A stretch of DNA of 64,000 nucleotides, taken from Rebecca billardiae RCC1528. Taxonomy: Eukaryota; Protista; Haptophyta. How positions within the stretch are numbered: position 1 is the stretch's first letter; the number at the start of each line of letters is the position of its first letter. The stretch spans positions 1 through 64,000 of the forward strand of contig OZ251233.1 in the NCBI GenBank assembly GCA_965240325.2, read 5' to 3'. Position numbers and translations under genes: made by a program. Shown here in pieces: positions 49,019 to 61,115 of this stretch. Below the pieces are notes generated by a model. That model ran no database searches. It saw nothing but the letters and a program-made list of their open reading frames with translations, and had not been told where the DNA came from.

Positions 49019-51015
49019 CTTTTCTGAGGATAGCGCACCAGCAATTTCCCTTGACCGCCATCGGGGCCGAAGTGGCGCAAAATGGCGGTTGCCCCGTTTG
49101 GGCGCCCTTCCGCGCCTTCGAGCGGCTCGTGCGCGTCGGGAAGTGCGCCAAAGCGTATCCGGAGCATGCTCCATCGCCGAGTCGCACCGCTGGGCCCTCG
49201 CATGCGAGCCCACGCCGACGTCTGAGTGCGCCTCGCTGCGCACGGTACAGCTTTACGGTACACGGCACGATTCGGCCCGCGAGCAGCCTCGTGCGCGCGA
49301 CCGAGCCAGAGGTGGTCTTCGAGAGTAGCACGAGCGGCGGCACACGAGCCGGGCTGGTCGTTGCCGAATATCTGACGCACCAATCGACCTCACCCAGCGC
49401 CATCTGCTCGTTTGTGCACGTGTTGGAAAGGATGAGCAGCTGCGTGCAAACGCCCAGCGCGCAGATGAAGCGTGGGCGAGCGAAGGGGCGGCGAGGGCCG
49501 GCGCGTGCGCGCGCGTAAATTCGAGCCTCCCCATACGCATCGAAACACACCGCGCTCGCTCGTCGAGCTGCGCACGGGTATCGGTACGCGCGCGCCAACG
49601 CGGCGCGCCGTGCTCGCGCCTGGCGGGTGCACACCTGCTTGCGCGCGCACACGCGCGTGATGGACCGAGGAGGTCGCGCGAGCATGCGCGATGTGTCTGG
49701 ATGGAGCGTGTAGGAGGTGTAGGCTGCGCTCCGCACGCGCTCCGCCACCGTGCAGCGCGCTGCCCCTCGCCCACGCGGTCGCCGCCGAGCCCAGATTCAA
49801 ACGCGTTCGAGCGCTCGAGCGCACCTCCGAGCAGCAGTCGCAGCTATCGTGTCGAAGGCGTGGCGAGAGGCAGGTGTGCATGGCAAGTAGCGCCATGGTG
49901 GTGCCCATCACGCGCACACACTCGCGCACGCTCGCCGCACCACCTCGTCGCGCCCACGTGCAGCGCGCGGGGCGCGCTTCGCGCCCGGAGCAGCTGCCGA
50001 GCGGCTCCCGCGCGCGGCGCGCGCGGCGAGTAGGGCTCAGCCAATGGTCCGAGGGCGAGCCGCCCGAGCGTCGTGCGTGACGCACATGGACCTAGTACAA
50101 CGCCGCGTACCACTCGCTGCCACCATAGGGCCCGTACCAGCGAGCTGTGGCCGCCGCAGACACCCAAAAGCTGCCCAACGGTCAGCGCGCGACAGCCGAC
50201 GAGCGCCCGACGCGCGCGTCCACCACAGTGATGAGCACGGACGAGCGCGCGCGTCCGTGTCGTAGCTTAGGTGGGGTCCCCCGATCGCACGCACCACCGC
50301 GCTGCCACGCCTTCGACCATCTTGTGTCACCATGTGGCCGCGCGCCGCTCGCGCCGAGCGGCTGGCGGCGCAGCTGCACGACCGCGGCAAACAGTCAGCG
50401 CGCGGCAAGGGTGGAGTCCGGCGAGGGTCGGCCGGACTGTCCGGCGCCACCAAGGTGGACCACGTGGTGGTCACCGGCGCGCTCGACACCACGCTCGAGG
50501 CCATGGAGGCCGCCCACGAGCAGAAATGCTCACTGCATCTGCCTGTGCAGTGCCTTTGCAGTGCTCCTTTGCGCGCGCACGCAGCGGCGAAGAGCGAAAG
50601 AGTTTAGCCCGACATCGTCCGGGGCTCAAGGGTACCATCATCAAAGAATGGAATGCGCGCAAAGGTCGGGCTAAACAAATTTCGTGTCGCCCGTGCCGCG
50701 CGCGCGCAAGCACGGCCAATGCGGCTCCTTGCACATCTGCTGCAGATCGGCTCGTGCGCGACGAGCGCACCGAGGAGGAAGGTGCGCGCTCGCGAGCTGG
50801 CGCACCTGGGAGTCCTCGCGGCCTCCGAGCAGAAAGAGCGCGTCGAGCGCCGCGCCGCAGGTCGCACGGTCGCGATCTCGCGAGAGCCGGTCGTGCGACG
50901 ACGGGCCACTCCATCGCGCGTTTCGCCGTCTGAAGACTGAACGCGGCCTCCGGCTCCGTAAAATCCGGATGGCGGTCAAGGGAAATTGCTGGTGCGCTAT
51001 CCTCAGAAAAGTTTA
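49015..51015. mobile_element. 2.0-kb non-autonomous TIR element with perfect 48-bp TIRs, inserted in microsatellite
   Basis: taaacttttctgaggatagcgcaccagcaatttcccttgaccgccatc (49015-49062) and its exact reverse complement (50968-51015). (TG)n on the left, (TA)n on the right. Confidence 0.92.
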
Positions 51016-51323
51016 TCATATATATATATATACGCGCGCACCGTTACTCGCACCGCACCGGTCAGCACCGGCGCGCGCGCATCGCCGCATGCCGCCAGTC
51101 GCGCGGGCCGCCCCGGTCGGCGGCTGGCTATCTAGAGTGGCTAGCTAGTGGCTGCCGTCGACGCGCCACCCGGACGCTGCTGCTAATGACGACGCGCTGA
51201 CAGGCGCGCGCTGATGATCATCGCGAAGCGCGGCGGCGCGGATGATGACGATGATGATGACGAGTGTGGATGGACGATACGAATCATGATTAGATACGAA
51301 TAATTTACAATATAATAATAATG

Positions 51324-53382
51324 CACAGTAAAGAAATCGATTTTCGGCGTTACCGTAACCCGTCCGCACTTCCGCCCAGTGGGGATGCGCTGGAATTTTT
51401 TTCATGCCCCGTGGCCGTTCGCGGCACTTCGCGCCGCCACAGTGGAGAAAGATCGGGCCGGAAGCCGTTTGAGCATGGTCGGTCGTGCGCACGCCCATTC
51501 GAATCGATGGCGCGCTCCGAGCGGCGGGCGTGCGCGCATGACTGCCGCGAGGGGGGCTGCGAGGCGTCGGCCGGCTTGCCAAGGCGGTTCCCTGGGGCGG
51601 CGTCACCCTCCCCCGCCCCTCCTCGCCCACCCTCGCTCCACGGGCGGCCACACGTGACCTGTTGAGATGAGTTCACGGGGGCCGCGCGGCACGCGCGCGG
51701 AGAGGCGAGGAAGTGGTGTTTCGCGGAAAAACGTTCTGTAGCATTGTGCCCAACCCATGTGGGCACCCGCTCCACAAGTTTGTACGCTTTCAAACCGCAC
51801 ACAGCGGCCTGAGCAGCTCCCAGACTGACTTTCGCTCTTGAAGCCTGTTTTGGGGCCAGATCTTGGTGTGGATGTAGCGCGGCGAGGAGGCGCCGGGCGC
51901 GCGCCCGAGCTGCGTGCTGCCACTCGCCATGACCCATAGGCATCGTCCGTCGCGAACGACCCGGCTCGTCTCGACCTCTCCGACCCGCCGGGCAGCCACG
52001 ACCGAGCACGGCACGACAATGCCAATGGCCAAACCGGGAGGCTTCTCAGACCGCGTGGGATGGGCATAGGCGCGAGAGAGGGCGCCCAGCGCGCTCTTGA
52101 GGTGCACAGGAGCACGCACTGATGCGTATGGAACCATCCCATCACGATCGCCCCGACCTGGCGCGCCCTATCTGGCCCGTCAGGCTGCCCGCGCCGCCGC
52201 CGCCGCGCCACGCCGCCGCCCAGGGCGCCGCCGCACCGCGGGCACATGGGTAAGTCCGTATTCAACAAATACAGATTTTCCGGTGCGGCCCTCTTTTGGG
52301 CGGCAAGGTCGGCCTGGTCGACACCTGCCGCGCGGCATGGGCCACGGCGCGGCGAGGTGGCGGCTGGCGCACCGCGGCGTGGGCGGGATGGCTCGAGGAC
52401 ACCACCGCCCCGCCTCCCACGCCGCGCCGTGCGCGTGCGCCATGCTCTCGTCGCGTACCGAATTTCCTGCGGTGAGCGACGTCACACAGCGCGACCATGC
52501 CATCGCGCGACGAGGTGCGTTCAGCTCGGCGATTTGTCGTATTTGTTGAATACATGCGGGTACGAATCAGCCGCAAGATCGCCGTCGATGGCGAGAATCG
52601 CATCGCCCGAGAGGGCGCGCGCGGCGTGGACTGGCACGCGACGCGGAGATGGCTGGCGCGGTGCCGCGGGCGCGCGACTGGTCTAGAACATCCCAATGAA
52701 GCGCGGGACGGCGCTGCGCGCCTGTGCTCGCCGCCGTCTCCTCGCAGTCGAAAATATCTGTGCACCCTTCTGTCTGGCTAGTCGACCGGCCGGCACGCGG
52801 CACGCGAGCAGTGTGTGTGGGGAGGAGTGTGACATGGCAGGCTGTGGCGAGGTGGATGGCCGTGCAGGTCTACGCTAGGAAGGGCCGCTCCCGCGCTCGC
52901 GCGGTGCCTCGCGCACGCCTCGTCGAGGACGAGCGTGTTTGAATGGCTCCGGAGAAGGCTTACGATCGCTCGTTGATGGGCAGCGCGCGACACGTGCACA
53001 CGACGAAGGTGACGACCAGGCACTCCGGCGAGGGCGGCTGTGCTGGTAGCAGACTGCATTCGGAGTAAGATGCGCCATCTTACGCGCCGCTTCGCCTCGC
53101 TGCATCGCCGCACTGAGCAGCAGGGCTCCACGCTCACGAATGGCTCACCACGAGCTCACGTGACCGGCCAGCCGCGTGCACGACCCGGCGAGGCAGAGAG
53201 GGGCGGAGGGATGGGGAGGCTGGGTGGGATGTTGCAGTCCCATGCCCGGGGCACTCGCCAGGCGCCTGCGCGACCACCGTAGCGTCGTCTGTGCGCTCGT
53301 GCGGCCCGCGCGAGAAATTCCCCGAAAATCGGCTCGTGTCGGACGGGTTACGGTAACGATAATCCCGTTTTTGTTCACTGTG
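51324..53382. mobile_element. CACTA/EnSpm(CMC)-like non-autonomous element (CACAG termini, 2-bp TSD TG)
   Basis: tg|cacagt...cgttaccgtaacccgtccg on the left and cggacgggttacggtaacg...actgtg|tg on the right (19-bp perfect inner arm). Confidence 0.85.
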
Positions 53383-54079
53383 TGATGAAGACGCTGCTAT
53401 ACTGCTGACTAGATATATATATATATAGCAGGTTATATATCGGCTAGATAGATATATAATAAGACGATATGATAGATAGCCTGCTAGCTAAGTGAGTAAG
53501 TCGTCGCCGATCGTATCATAGTAGTATAGTAGCAGACGCGCATCATAGTAGTCGGCATAGTCGGCCAGTCGGTCCGGCCGTCCGCGGGCCGGGGCAGCCC
53601 GGCGGCACTGCGAGTGCCGAGTCGCGGCCGCCCGTGAAGCGGTATTATATATATATATATGTCTAGCCACTCCGCCATGCCCGGCTCGTACAAGGCGTCG
53701 GGTACGACTGGACTCTGGAGCTGGATCGGTCGCGGCTCCGGGCGCCTTCGTCGTGGGCAGCCCGATGTCGCCCGAAGAGCGAGACCTGATGGCCACGATG
53801 GGCGGAAATCAACCGAGTCCTGCGGGTGCGCCGCTGTGTGCCGGATTGGCAGCGCACCAGGACAGTCCTGCGCGCGGCGGTGGCGCGCGGGACCGCAACG
53901 CAGGAATGCCATGCTAGCCGGATTCTTGGCGTCGCTCATAGACACTCAGTTATTATATATAGGTTCCCTATATATATAACGCCACATATAGTGCCCGCGT
54001 GTGAATGTGATGTCTGATGACTTAGGTCGCCGGCCACGCAGCAGCAGTCCAGCGCTGACCGGCCGCCTGTAGACCTGTA

Positions 54080-54120
<41 letters not shown>

Positions 54121-54232
54121 TGCATAGAGAGAGAGAGAGAGAGAGAGTAATAACGCAGCAGACCGCCCGATGACTGGCGGACCGCGCCGCTGATGAGCCA
54201 TCTGACATCTGTCGTCTGACGACGATTGTCGA

Positions 54233-55204
54233 TTAGCCGTCGCCAGGGTCAGCGCGGTCGTAGTCGTCGGCAGACGAGCCGCGGGTGTCAGCCCTCTGGT
54301 ACACCTGGATGGCGACGCGGTGCAGCCCGTCGGAGAAGCCCTCGGTCTCCACCACGCGCGCGGGGGACGCCAGCGCCTCCTCCTCCTCCCGCGCCGCCGC
54401 GCCGCTCGGCCCGCGCGCACCCTCCGCCCCTCCGCGCGCGGGCGGCAGCAGCCGGAAGCCGCGCGCGCGCATGCACGAGTGCAGCAGCGGGCGGAACGGG
54501 CGGTGCGCGCCGTCCGCGAGGACGAGGCGCCCCCCGGGGCGGAGCACGCGGTCCGCAACGGCGGCGACGTGCTCCGACGCCTCCGCCTCGTACAGCACGT
54601 CCGCGGCGAGCACGACGTCGACGTCTGCGCTCGGCCAGCCGGCGCGCACACTCCAGTCGAGCGCGGCGCCGCGCACGCGCTCGCCCACGCCGTTGAGGCG
54701 GGCGGAGGCGAGGGCGAGCTCGACGGCGACGGGGTCGTGGTCGACGAGCGTGACGGCCGACGGCGCCGCGCGCAGCGCCGCCGCGATCCCGACCAGCCCG
54801 AGCCCGGCGCCCAGCTCGAGCACCGCCTCGCCCGCCGCCACGTGGGCGTCCACCTCGCGCGCGAGCGCGAGCGCCGAGGGCCAGAGCGCGCCGTAGTAGG
54901 GCGCGCGCCCCTCGAAGACGTCGGGGTGCTCGGCGTACGTCTCCGAGAGCTCGTCCGCGTCCGCCGGCGCGAGCAGCGTCACCGTGAGTACGCCCCCCTC
55001 CCCGGCCTCCGCGCCGTCCGCGCTGTGCGGCAGCTGCACGGCCAGCTGCGAGAGCCCGACGCGAGAGGCGACCAGCTCGAGCCCGCGCGAGGCGACGGGG
55101 CTGGGCGGCGCGCCGCCCAGCGCGCGGCCGAGCAGGCAGCCCAGGCCGAGCAGGAGGCGCGCGTGCGCACGCGGCGTCGGGCCGCCGTGCTGGCGTGGCG
55201 CCAT
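54233..55204 (-). CDS. Methyltransferase-16 family (METTL21/22/23-like) SAM-dependent protein methyltransferase
   Basis: PYYGALWPSALALA, VLELGAGLGLVG and VVLAADVLY. Likely ATG at 55204, followed by a hydrophobic leader. Confidence 0.9.
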   Translation of the reverse strand: MAPRQHGGPTPRAHARLLLGLGCLLGRALGGAPPSPVASRGLELVASRVGLSQLAVQLPHSADGAEAGEGGVLTVTLLAPADADELSETYAEHPDVFEGRAPYYGALWPSALALAREVDAHVAAGEAVLELGAGLGLVGIAAALRAAPSAVTLVDHDPVAVELALASARLNGVGERVRGAALDWSVRAGWPSADVDVVLAADVLYEAEASEHVAAVADRVLRPGGRLVLADGAHRPFRPLLHSCMRARGFRLLPPARGGAEGARGPSGAAAREEEEALASPARVVETEGFSDGLHRVAIQVYQRADTRGSSADDYDRADPGDG

Positions 55205-55367
55205 GGGCGATGACAATAATGGCGCCTTTGACGAGCACTCGTCCACAGGCAAGTCTCGAGCAAGCACTTTCTCAGTCTGGATTGAACCCCCTTGGTCTGG
55301 AGTCTGGACGTTGACGGAACTTCGCCGTGCCTGGGGCTCGTTGCCCCGGCGCGGGCCGTCAAGAGCG

Positions 55368-56252
55368 ATGGCGCCGTTCACGCGCGGCCTCAGCACGGCC
55401 GTGCAAACAGCCCGGCGCGCCCTGCGCTCTGCACGCGACGCGGGGCTGCACGAGGCGCTGCGCAGCGAGGAGCCTCGCGTGATCCGCGGCCTCGCCGAGG
55501 TGGACGGCCCGTGGGGCGCGTGGGGCTCGATGTGCGCGCACGTGCGGCGCACGGGCGACGAGGTGGCGGCGGCGCGCTCGCTCGTCGGCTTCGTCGCGGA
55601 CGCGTCGTCGCGCGCAGTCGAGGCCGGCGGGGACGAGGCGGCGGAGCACGTGCGCGTCGAGCTCGGTGGCACCTCGTACGCCGACGCCGCCACTGACGTG
55701 CGCGACGACGTGCCGCTCGCGCTCGCAGCGGGCGCAGTGCTCGACTTCAGCGCGCAGCAGCGGCAGCAGCAGCAGGCGCCGCAGGCGCGCCCGCCCTACG
55801 TCGCGCAGTCGCCCGTGCCGCCCTCGCTGCGCGCGCTGAACGAGGGGCTGTGCGCGCTCGCCGACAGCGTCGAGGTGTACGCGCACACGCTCTGGCTCGG
55901 CCCGGCGGGCACGGTCTCGCCGCTGCACCGCGACCCGCACTGCTCGCTGCTCGCGCAGGTGGGCGGCTCCAAGCTCGTGCGCTGCTACGCGCCCGACGCG
56001 AGCGTGTACGCGGTGCACGCGGGCAGCGACGCCACGGCGCACGCGAGCCCCGGCGGCAGCCTGAGCCCCGTCGACGTGGAGTGCGTCGACGCCGAGGCAT
56101 TCCCGGAGTTTCCGGCCGTGCCGTACGCGACGCTCGAGCTGCGCGCGGGCGACGTGCTCGTCGTGCCCGCGCGCTGGTGGCACCACGTGCGCTGCACGCG
56201 CGGGCCGTCGCTCTCGCTCGGCTGGTGGTACCGCATGGCACAGCAGCGCTGA
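55368..56252 (+). CDS. JmjC/cupin-8 2-oxoglutarate dioxygenase (JMJD5/KDM8-like)
   Basis: LWLGPAGTVSPLHRDPH (HxD), QVGGSK and LRAGDVLVVPARWWHHV (distal His). Confidence 0.9.
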   Translation: MAPFTRGLSTAVQTARRALRSARDAGLHEALRSEEPRVIRGLAEVDGPWGAWGSMCAHVRRTGDEVAAARSLVGFVADASSRAVEAGGDEAAEHVRVELGGTSYADAATDVRDDVPLALAAGAVLDFSAQQRQQQQAPQARPPYVAQSPVPPSLRALNEGLCALADSVEVYAHTLWLGPAGTVSPLHRDPHCSLLAQVGGSKLVRCYAPDASVYAVHAGSDATAHASPGGSLSPVDVECVDAEAFPEFPAVPYATLELRAGDVLVVPARWWHHVRCTRGPSLSLGWWYRMAQQR

Positions 56253-57898
56253 GCACCCGCCGCCTGCGCCCGCGCCCGAGCCCGGGCCGCGTGTCACTGA
56301 GTCCGAGACCGTGTCGCAGTCTAAGCTGCGTAGTCGGTCATCAGTGTCGGACTGATCCAGTGAGACCAGTGACAGCAGATGAATGACAGCAGTGGGCCGC
56401 GTGGCCCGTCAGCAGCCGTCTGACAGTGCTCACAGAGCGGTATATATTATATATGTCACAGTGCCCGCGGGCTGCGCCGAACGCCGATGCTCACCACAAC
56501 GATTCCCCGGTGGGGTGGGCGGTCATTTTCGAGAACTTCCAAACCGGCGTTTCCGTCCCGAACTCTAAGCCAGTAAGTTACTTGGGGTACCCCAAGTAAT
56601 CGGAGTACTTTAATTCTTTCAGGCTCCCGCCAAGCGCTTTGATTAGGAGTTCCAAGCTGGCTCAAAGCTTTGCCAGCGCTCCACTGCGCGAAGCCAGGGC
56701 GAACCGCGAGCCCCGAGCTTTCGGGGGAGCTCGGAAGGTGGGCGGCTGGCAGGCGCACGGCGGTAAGCCTGCGAGCGAGGGGGGGGCGGCACTGCCCTGC
56801 GCGGTGCGCGCTGGTGTAGCTGCCGACGTGCCCGTGTAGGCGGCCTGCCAGCCTCAGATTGATTGGTTGCGTCCCACTGCGCCGTGCCCCCCGTCACCCA
56901 GCGTCGCTTGGGTACAGTCTCGGCCTCTCGCGGGAAAGCGGCGCCGCCCTGTGGCGGCGGGCCGCAAGATGAGATCGTGGTGCACTGCTGGGCTGACGCG
57001 CGGCGCGCTGTACAGCTTGGCGTGGCTATGTACACATGCAATCGCGATGTGCTGTCCCCCGTAGTCACGACAAGTACGCCACCAGTCCAAGCACGCACGT
57101 CCAGGAGGCCGCCTGCGCCATACAGCTTCAGCGCGGCCAACCGCCGCACCCGCGACGCGATGGCGACACAGATGGACAATGCCTCAAACGTCTGCATGCT
57201 CATGCGACATTGCTGGTTGCAGGATGTGCGCACGGGATGCGATCGGGGCAGTATTCGCAACCAGCTCACCTATAGCTCCTCGTGAGAGCTCGGCCACGGA
57301 TGGACTTGCGCCAGTCGGAACGCTTTGAAAAGCTACGACGGCTCGTGCTGTAGCTCTTGCGCAGACGTGCGAGGCCGCATGGCGCGCAACTGAGTAGGGC
57401 TATACACCGTCAGCAGCCCTCGCTCACTCCTCGTTGACTGTCCAGTGTCACTCATTCACACGGCTGCAGCACGATCGGCGGCGCCCGCCCCGGGTGCTCG
57501 CCGATTGGCAGCGTGGGCGCGCGCACTGACCAGAGGCGGCAAGGTAGCAGCGGGCGACGCTGGCTACTGTTAGTTCACGTCTCTGATGGCGCTCCAGACC
57601 ACTCCCCAGCTGCACGGCCGCGCGCGCCCCGTGCGATGCGACGTTAGCCGTCGCAAGACCGCTCGCCCCGCAATCGCCCACAACCCAACTTTTGGCCGCC
57701 TTCGCGGCCGCCTGCCCGTCTTTCGGTGTTTCCAATTCGCCGCGGGCCCGCGCGATCCCGCCGCCCGCGCAACGAAGTACTTTCATCACTTTCAACTTGT
57801 ACGGCTTGTACCGCTCGGCTCCCCTTTCTTTGCCGAAGAACGGGCATCTGCGTGTGTTTTGCACGGCTGTAAGTTCGTTTGTCTATGTGGGTACTCGT

Positions 57899-60560
57899 CA
57901 CAGTGCGCTAACCGGCACCGAAAGTTGAATTGGCAGAATCGGCCGATTCCGCGATCAGGGACGTTTTCGCGGAGGCCGGCCGCCATCGCTGGCGCAGCCA
58001 TCCGCGCGCGAACACGCGCGCGCAGCGACGCCAGCCGCATGGCGTGCGCCAAGACGGGGGGCGGCTGAGTTCTGCATCGCCTACGCTCGTTCGGGCTCGC
58101 GGGTTATGCCTCCCATCGCGGCCGCCTCCGTCCGTCTTTGACCAGAGTGCGCGTGCAGGTGCGCCAGCAGTCTGCGACATCGGCTCCCGCGCGCCGCGCC
58201 ACACCGCGGCTGACAGGGGGGTCTAGGAGGGAATCGCAGAAAGTTACGTGGCTGAAATTGTTCGGTGTACACGCATCATCAAACCTAGCACAGCTGCGTT
58301 TCGCCGTTGACGAGCTGCACCCCCCCTCAATTCGCGGGCTCTCCGCGCTCGCTTCGCGAGCAGGAACATCTGAGATCCGCACGCGAACATGCGCGCACAG
58401 AGACGCCAGCCGCATGGCGTGCGCCAAGACGGGGGGCGGCTGAGTTCTGCATCACCTACGCTCGTTCGGGCTCGCGGGTCATGCCTCCCATCGCGGCCGC
58501 CTCCGTCCGCCTCTGACCGGAGTGCGCGTGCCGGGTGCTCGGCAGCCTGCGCGCGCACCTTGCGCGCGCCGCGCCACACGGCGGCTGACAGCGGGGTCTA
58601 GGAGGGCATCGCAGAAAGTTACACGGCTGAAAGTGTTCGCTGTACGCGCATGACCAAGTGCATCACAGCTGCGTTCCACCGTTCACGAGCTGCACCCCCT
58701 TCCATTCGCAGGCGCGCCGCGGCCGCGCTCGCGCAGGCGCATGGGATCCACGTGTTGGCTCGATCATCGGGATCAAGCGGGCTGCGCAGGCAGTGGGCTG
58801 GCGTACGAGCTCACTACACGCGCAGTGTCAGAATACGCTGCATCAGATGTGCCCCGTCGGCTGTGCTGCTGAGCATACGGCACACGACGGGCACTCGAGC
58901 AGTGTGGCTGGCGATGAGCCCGAGCATCCCAGCTGGCGTGCGAGTGGCTTACTGGGCGCAGCTGATGCACGAGCACCCTGCGTTGCACACCGAAGGTGCC
59001 AGAAGCACGCGTTCTTGCCATCCAGTCGTATCGTCCGGCCCCCATGCGCTCAAGGCGGGGGAGGAGATCTGCACGCGTACGCGCGCGCTAGAGATTCCCG
59101 AGGCCGCGCATCTGGGCGCTCGGGTTGCCTCCACAGGGGCACCTGAGCTTGACTCGAGGGCTGAGTGGAGCAGGCGACGAAACACGCACGACGAGTGGCC
59201 GGCGTGATTGTCTGGGGTCTCCTCGTGGCGCGCTTGCACGTTTTCGGCGCATCACCACTGTGCTGACTTCGCGGCGGCGCCCCGACCGCGCCCCGAGTGA
59301 CCGTGTCATCGGCTGACCCGCTGACTGCACCGTACGTCTGTACCAGGCGCAGCTGAGACTCGCGCAGAGTAGCGCGGCGCCTATGGCTATAGCCCGGTCG
59401 TAGCTTGCGCGTATAGGAGTAGCAGTTGTCGTCACGCGACCTGCTCGCCTGCTGCGCTAATAAAATATTTGATGACTGGCCGCCCGCGGACCAAACCTAC
59501 TGTGCGCACGCAGCAGGATTCCACTTCCAGCGACGCGGGCAGCGTAGTGAGCGTGCCCGCGTGTCGACCCGACGGCCAGCAGTCAGCTCGAGTCGCGTCG
59601 GCGGACGGCTGGCTGGCGGATGAGTCGGCAGGCTTGGGGAGCCCGCGGGCGCGGCACGCCACGCTGATTGCATGCTGCTGTAGTTGCGCATCGCCTCTTC
59701 GTAGACGCGCTGCCTCACTCTCAGCTGAGCTCGGGCCGCCGGGTGCGACGACGGCTGGCGGGAGCCGCTGACAGTGACGTCATGACGACCGACCGCGAAC
59801 TCCGACCTGGCTGACGGCAGCGCGAGCAGCGCAGCACGGCGCGGCGCGATGCGATCTGCGGCGCGGCGTGGCGGTGGGCCCGCGTGACACGCTGCCAGCG
59901 CCACTGGCGTGCGAGACCCCGCCCCGTCTCCGCAGCGCCGCGCTCACATGTGACCACGACCTGCACAACACGGGCCGTGGTCAGAAAGCCGTCGCGCGCG
60001 CGTTCATTTACGCGGCACCTTGGTGCTGAGCGCCAGCCGAGAGGTAGTGGCGACGACGACATCCACTCCAGATCGATGTGCACCTGCGTCTGTGCCCGGG
60101 TGCCGCTGGGATGCGATTGAGGATGAGATTGCGGCAGCATGCCCTGATATGAGCAGCGGTCAGTTTGGAGAGCGTGAGTCGTGCCAGCACGCGAGAGCAG
60201 ACGTGCACGTTTCGAGCAGCCGAGCTGGACCATGAAAGTCAGCAATCCAGCGCGCATGCCGCGCACCCGAAAGAGCCGACCATCTCCGCATGCTCAGAGC
60301 AGTCGGCGGCGCGCTCGCAGAGTCGCTTCGGAGTCGCTTTGCGGCCGTCTCGGCGCGTGTCATGTGGAGCTGCTCTCGAGGCGAAGGAGGAGGAAGGCGT
60401 TGATCAGCGCCGCTGAAGACTAGGACTAGGCTCTCTCGCGAGGTCCGCCGCGCGGTCTACGCCGCCGATCACGGCCTCTTGAGGACGGTCGGCCAGCGCG
60501 CGCGTCGGCAGCCATCGTGACGCCTCTCATTCAACTTTCGGCCCGTGTTAGCGCACTGTG
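57899..60560. mobile_element. Nested CACTA/EnSpm-like element (CACAG termini, 2-bp TSD GT)
   Basis: gt|cacagtgcgctaac...ccgaaagttgaat on the left and attcaactttcgg...gttagcgcactgtg|gt on the right. Confidence 0.88.
58001..58700. repeat. Direct tandem duplication (period 375 bp) inside the nested element
   Basis: gacgccagccgcatggcgtgcgccaagacggggggcggctgagttctgcatc recurs at ~58027 and ~58402. Confidence 0.9.
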
Positions 60561-61115
60561 GTTCTTTCGTTTGAGAAATCACGAAAATGTCCGCCCCGCC
60601 CACCCGGCAATCGTCGTGGTGGACTCGGAGCTCATCAAGCTGCTGGCCGGGTTCAGATTGAACCGTACAGAGCATGGCGGCGGATCATCACGCGGCGGGC
60701 CGATTATACGCATCACAATAATGGTCGCGTCAATCACAATGCTCCATTGCTCGCGCGCGGGACTGCGCGATGATCGTATTGCGATGATGACGGTCGACAT
60801 AAAGCGCAGATCGATGACGAGTTAATACGGCTACGACGACAGATGACGGCACAGATGTGCCGCCGCCATCAATAATATAACGACGACGCCAGCACATATA
60901 CTATAGCAGCGTATAGCTAGACTATGATACCGCCCCGGATGCGCCTGCCAAGTGGCCAGTGTGAGTGATGACTCGCCGGACGCCGGTTCCGCAGTGGCTC
61001 ACCCCGGCCGATCCGACGGCCGCGACGTCCGGCGCACCGCTGGCACCGACTGAATCCAGCGAGCAGCCCGCTCGATGGGCGCTGGTGCGGTTGCGCTGCG
61101 CCGCCGCGCCCACGC

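Larger units (their letters stand above)
56492..60621. mobile_element. Older TIR element (~55-bp imperfect TIR starting CACCAC) hosting a nested insertion
   Basis: caccacaacgattccccggtggggtgggcggtcattttcgagaacttccaaac (from 56492) matches the reverse complement of ~60568-60621. No clean TSD. Confidence 0.7.

Noticed and set aside
53660-53945. Possible small element between TA tracts (tgtcta...tagaca)
   Set aside because: Only a 6-bp inverted match and no TSD, which is insufficient.
49063-60560. Transposase genes inside the TIR elements
   Set aside because: No long ORF or DDE-like motif is recognisable, so the elements are called non-autonomous.
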